Source of the DNA: Marsupella aquatica
Lineage: Eukaryota > Plantae > Marchantiophyta
DNA length: 64,000 nucleotides
Direction: 5' to 3'
Assembly (NCBI GenBank): GCA_973895155.1
Contig: OZ316897.1
Coordinates: forward strand, 4,853,976 to 4,917,975
This document shows, one piece after another, positions 61,201-64,000 of this stretch. Position 1 is the stretch's first letter, and every line of letters starts with the position of its first letter. The position numbers were made by a program, and so were the translations under genes. The notes under the pieces were generated by a model. It worked only from the letters and a program-made list of their open reading frames with translations, was not told the origin of the DNA and made no database searches.

Positions 61201-64000
61201 TCAAATTTCAGCCCACATCTCGGATCCTACGAATGGCAGACCAATCCAGGGTGATTCCTGTAGGTTTGTTACTGAAAATTGATACCCTAATTGGAGGAAG
61301 AATATTTTCATTAGATCACATCATAATTCGACCATCAACACCATCCATATTTCCTGTTTTGTTGGGATGACCTTGGCTGTACTTAGCACGCGTCAGAGTT
61401 AATTGGCATGCAAAGCAATTCAGTTTTGGGTCTCCAAAAGTAACTTTGAGTTGGGAAAATGAGCGGCACTTTGGTGAAACAGAAGAAGATGATGGTTACA
61501 CCTCTAATTCTTCAAGTTCATCATCAGATGATGAAGAAGTCAACCAATCCCAATCCTCAAAACTGTCGAGAGATACTGATGCACATGTCAGATTTCTTGA
61601 ATTTGACGAACCAAGTGAAGCTTGTGGTTCAGATTTAGAGAGGTACGCTACTCCTAACCCTTCTATACAATCACCAGATTTAAATCAGCCAATTAATCAG
61701 TACCATCCAAAAAACACGGGGGATCCGGTTTCCGAACCGGCCCTTGAACCGGTTCCTCAACCGGTTCCTCAACCTGTTTTTGAGCCGGGTCCTGAGCCGG
61801 TATGACTCCCTGTTCCCCATCCGTCTTTACCAAAACCTATCGGGAAAACTACCTTCCCGACTTCAAAATTGACCAAAACTTTTCCAGAAAATGAGGATTC
61901 TAGGGGAGATCCTAGTAGTAAAATTGGAACTATAAAAGACCCATCAAACCTAAACACTTGGGAAAAGGAGTCTTTGGGAATGACTGAAGGGATAGTTGAT
62001 CCCAAATCCTGCCAGAAGGTTGAGATTGAGCCAGGGAAATTCCTCAATATCAGTAAACATATTCAAGGAGAATTGAGGGAAAAATATATAGATTTGCTAA
62101 AGCAATACCGAGATATATTTGCATGGAGTCACAAGGACATCAAAGGAATTCCCCCTTACCTTGGGCAACATCGAATTGACCTCATTGAAGGATCAATTCC
62201 GATCCGGCAAAGACAATATCGGCTCAACCCTAAGTATTCCATGATGGTAAAAGAGGAAATTGACAAGTTAACGGAGGCCGGATTCATTTTTCCAGTCCTT
62301 AGCAGCGAATGGGTATCACCCATTGTTATTGTGCCCAAGAAGTCTGGACCAGATGGCAAAGTGAAGATTCGTGTGTGTCAAGATTATCGGAAATTGAATT
62401 CTGTGACAAGGAAAGATCATTATCCCTTACCATTCATTGACACTGTTCTTGATACAATAGCTGCTCATTCTCTTTACAGTTTCCTTGATGGATACTCAGG
62501 GTATAACCAAGTTTCAGTACGAGAGGAGGATCGGGATAAATCAACGTTCACGACGGATTGGGGAACTTATGCATTTAATGTGATGCCTTTTGGGTTATGC
62601 AACGCCCCTGGAACATTTCAACGAATAATGATGATCATATTTCAAGAGTACCTCCATAGATTTATAGAAATTTTTATTGATGATTTCTGTGTATATAGTT
62701 CAGACAAAATCCATTTAGAAAAGCTCGGATTGACTTTCCAAAAGTGTAGAGAATCACAACTCTCTCTACACCCTGAGAAATGCTTTTTCGGCATGAGAGA
62801 GGGTATCTTGCTAGGGCATGTCATATCTAGCCAGGGAATTGAGGTTGATGCTGAGAAGGTCAGAGTTATCCTACAACCTCCTTCTAATCTAAGAGAGTTG
62901 AGGGGATTTCTAGGTTATGTAGGATACTACCGTCGATTTATTCGCCATTACGCTAACCTTGCCATGCCACTTACTCAACTGTTGAAAAAGGATGTTGATT
63001 ATGAGTGGACAGCCTTGAGACAGAAGGCCTTTGAAGAACTCAAAGGCAGATTAACCCGAGCTCCTGTTTTAGTTCCACCAAATTGGGAAAAGGAATTTCA
63101 CGTTTACATTGATGCTTCAGCTTTCTATATTGGAGCTGTCCTAAGCCAGCAAGATGATGATCAGAAGGATCACCCCATTTATTTTGCAAGTCAACAAATG
63201 AATGCAACAGAGAAGAATTATACGGTGACAGAGAGAGAAGCTTTGTCGGTAATCTTCTCATGCAAGAAATTTTGCCACTACTTGTTGGGGTACAAAACCA
63301 TTTTCCACACTGACCACTCTTCACTTAAGTACCTTGTTAACCAAGCAGATCTTTCAGGAAGGATTGCACGTTGGGTTTTGCTTCTACAAGAATATGATTT
63401 TGAAGTACGGGTAAGACCTGGGAAGCATCATGACAACGCTGATTTCCTCTCACGATTGGAAGGCGATGAATCTAGAGAGCCATTGAATGATGATTTTCCA
63501 GATGAGACATTATGGCACATCGAGGGTGAAGAATCATGGTATGTAGACATTGTTCAAATGCTAACTCAAGGAATGTTTCCCCCTAACCTCAACCCCGAGC
63601 AACGTGCTGTTTTCTTGCATAAGGTTGGACCTTATACCTTGAAGCAAGGAATCCTCTATAAACTTTCCCCGGATCAGAAACTTAAGCGATGCTTGGAAGA
63701 ACGAGAAGTCAGGAAGGTTATTGCTGCCATGCACACGGAAGAAGCTGGAGGCCATTATGCAGTCAATGTTACAGTAAAGAAAATATGGGATGCCAAATAT
63801 TGGTGGTCCACCATGCATCGAGATACACATCAATTTATCAAGTCATGTGATCCGTGCCAACGCATGGGTAAACCCACCTCTACTTCTCATTGGCCTTTAA
63901 CTCCCATCTTACCTTTAGCTCCTTTTGAAAAATGGGGAATTGATTTTATAGGGCCTATTCAACCTGCAGCTGCTCACACTGTTAATCGATACATCATCCT
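58248..64000 (+). pseudogene. Disrupted gag-pol polyprotein
   Basis: Gag core FRGKKADAEAWMDDF...GEARTWY...WFMQGL. Three CCHC knuckles (CTVCRKPGHYPQEC, CWNCGAKDHFSPSC, CGNCGGSGHLPIEC). PR VDGGSSVNIM; RT FLDGYSGYNQ, MPFGLCNAP, FIDDF; RH IDASAF, TEREAL, TDHSSL; IN H-x6-H...CDPCQR, WGIDFIGP. Frameshifts near 58740, 59720 and 60240; stops near 58832 and at 60534, 61368 and 61803. The frame appears open from 61806 to the window end. Confidence 0.93.

Larger units (their letters stand above)
54139..64000 (+). mobile_element. Ty3/gypsy LTR retrotransposon (non-chromovirus; Athila-like PBS, Phygy/Selgy-like pol), truncated by the window end; 5' border uncertain
   Basis: Putative LTR end ...CTCTACA at 56190, PBS, extra ORFs, gag with zinc knuckles, then PR-RT-RH-IN order. 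The start at 54139 (TGTCC) is only a guess. Confidence 0.9.

Overview
Eukaryotic, land-plant nuclear DNA with GT-AG introns and plant-type genes. A bryophyte or lycophyte origin is my inference from the retrotransposon type and gene compactness, not something the window proves. Seven host genes are supported: a TBL2-like membrane-anchored WD40 protein (+), an intronless plastid DUF21-CBS-CorC Mg2+ transporter (-), IspD/MCT (+), a MEA1-domain acidic protein (+), a divergent endonuclease III (-), GDP-mannose 3,5-epimerase (+) and an APO1-like protein (-). The gene islands are separated by decayed repeats: Ty1/copia and LINE relics, several non-autonomous DNA elements and tandem arrays. The last ~10 kb is a Ty3/gypsy element cut off by the window end. 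Four things most deserve follow-up. (1) The gypsy element has an Athila-type tRNA-Asp PBS followed by accessory ORFs, including an intact 296-aa orphan, before gag, plus an ORF in the putative LTR U3. (2) Three MITE-like elements have 8-bp TSDs and unusual 5'-CYCGG ends. (3) A decayed ORF has motifs resembling a Zn-dependent nucleic-acid deaminase. (4) The Nth-like glycosylase carries VDTNV instead of VDTHV. Exon coordinates were read by eye and may be off by a few bases.
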